Below are positions 62,671 through 64,000 of a stretch of DNA of 64,000 nucleotides, piece after piece. Within the stretch, counting starts at the first letter, position 1. Every line of letters begins with the position of its first letter. Under the pieces are notes generated by a model. That model was not told where the DNA came from. It saw only the letters and a program-made list of their open reading frames with translations, and did not search any database. Source of the stretch: Mobula hypostoma (lineage: Eukaryota). The position numbers were made by a program, and so were the translations under genes. The DNA lies in contig NC_086108.1 in the NCBI RefSeq assembly GCF_963921235.1, positions 111,540,001-111,604,000 on the forward strand. The letters are read 5' to 3'.

Positions 62671-64000
62671 AGACAGAGGAAGACCATTCATCCCATGCGG
62701 TCACAGTGGCTATATGGAAAAAAAATCAATCCAGCTGGTCCCGTTTCCCCCCTCACCATGCTTGCTTGCCCCACCCTTCATTTCAGACACAATGAGAACA
62801 TTTGCCATATGGATATATGCACACACTCTATTTACATAGAGGCTTCTGTTTTCACCATAACATGCTACCAGCCTGCAGATAATTTAGAACTCACTACAAA
62901 TTACATTGATGGCCACTGGACAGATACAAACTAAGAGATGGTTGTAAAACTATGGCAAATTTCATTTAGAAAAATGAGCATATTCACTTAGACCAAAGAA
63001 ACAGGGCCACTTTAGCACGGCAGTTAGCATGACATTATTACAGCTCGGGGCATCACAATTTTGGGTTCAATTCTGGCTGGCTGTAAGGAATGTGTTCCTT
63101 CCCATGAAAATGTGGGTTTCCTCTGGGTGCTCTGGTTTCCCCCCACATTCCAAAGATGTGCCATTAGTGGCTGGTAAGTCGTGGGCGTGTTCTATTGGCA
63201 CTGGAAACATGTGGGTTGCCCCCAACCTAATCTCAGACTGTGTTGGTTGTTGATGCAAATTGACATGCTTCTGTATATTTCAATGTACAATGACAAATAA
63301 AGTTAACCTATATCTGTATAATTTTGGTTTCAAACTGGACTAGCTTTAAAATTACAGTTTTCCTGAAAGTTAAAGTACATATATGCCACCCAACACGTAC
63401 ATGTCCATTGGTCAGTAGGTTAATTAATCAGTAGGGTGTAATTGGGCAGCGCAGGCTTGCAGGGCTGAAGGGCTGGTTACCGTGCTGCATTTCTAAAATC
63501 AAAATAAAAACAATTTTTCACTGAGGGATTTCGTTCCCAAAATGCTGTAGACACCGAGTCCATTTGAAGCATTTGACTCAGCTCACTTGATCATGAGGCA
63601 AGGTTTCAAAAGCATATAAAAGAGTCGAGGTATGAATAAAACCATGCCGTGCTTAGTTTGTTAATAGCTGAAGAAGCTGATCACCCTTGGTTACCTGCGG
63701 TCTGATGCGGGGCGTCCCTAAGTAATAAGCAACAGTGCTTTCTGAGAATGCTATCTATTCATGCATCATTCCAATGGTTAGACACTCACCCAATAGAGCA
63801 AAAAGGTCAACAAAACACTCCGTGCTGACAAAGACCTGGCACATTTTGTGGCACGGACTACTCCAATACTGACCTATTTTGTGTACAAGCATCCGCATTA
63901 ATGAATAGTTGGCATTCAATAGCATTGATTTCGCTGACTGTAAAACCAAAGGAAGAATGCTCACAGCAAACAAGCAAAGGAAATTGCACAAATTTTGAAC

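Overview
Repeat-dense vertebrate genomic DNA. The repeat families (CR1, Rex1/Babar, HE1/V-SINE-like SINEs, Neptune-type Penelope) suggest a cartilaginous fish, probably a ray; this is inference. The only host gene I can support is an SSX2IP/ADIP-family gene on the minus strand. Four coding exons (24315-24363, 17692-17843, 11018-11218, 1124-1234) splice in frame into 171 aa starting MGDW, one intron uses a GC donor, and the gene continues off the left edge. Its introns and upstream region hold a decayed ~9 kb Gypsy element with a PNMA-like gag, an RPS9 processed pseudogene, hAT and Tigger DNA transposons, and many CR1, Rex1, L1 and RTE fragments. The most striking signal is a set of Penelope-derived ~200 bp fold-back mini-elements carrying minimal type I hammerhead ribozymes (CUGACGA...GAAAC-GUC). 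Three have exact 14-bp target-site duplications, and the inverted arms of two carry copy-specific variants. Every hammerhead-bearing terminal repeat I found (at least 9) lies on the + strand, antisense to the host gene. Nearly all other ORF-track entries are transposon debris. Repeat boundaries are approximate unless a TSD, TIR or splice site is quoted.
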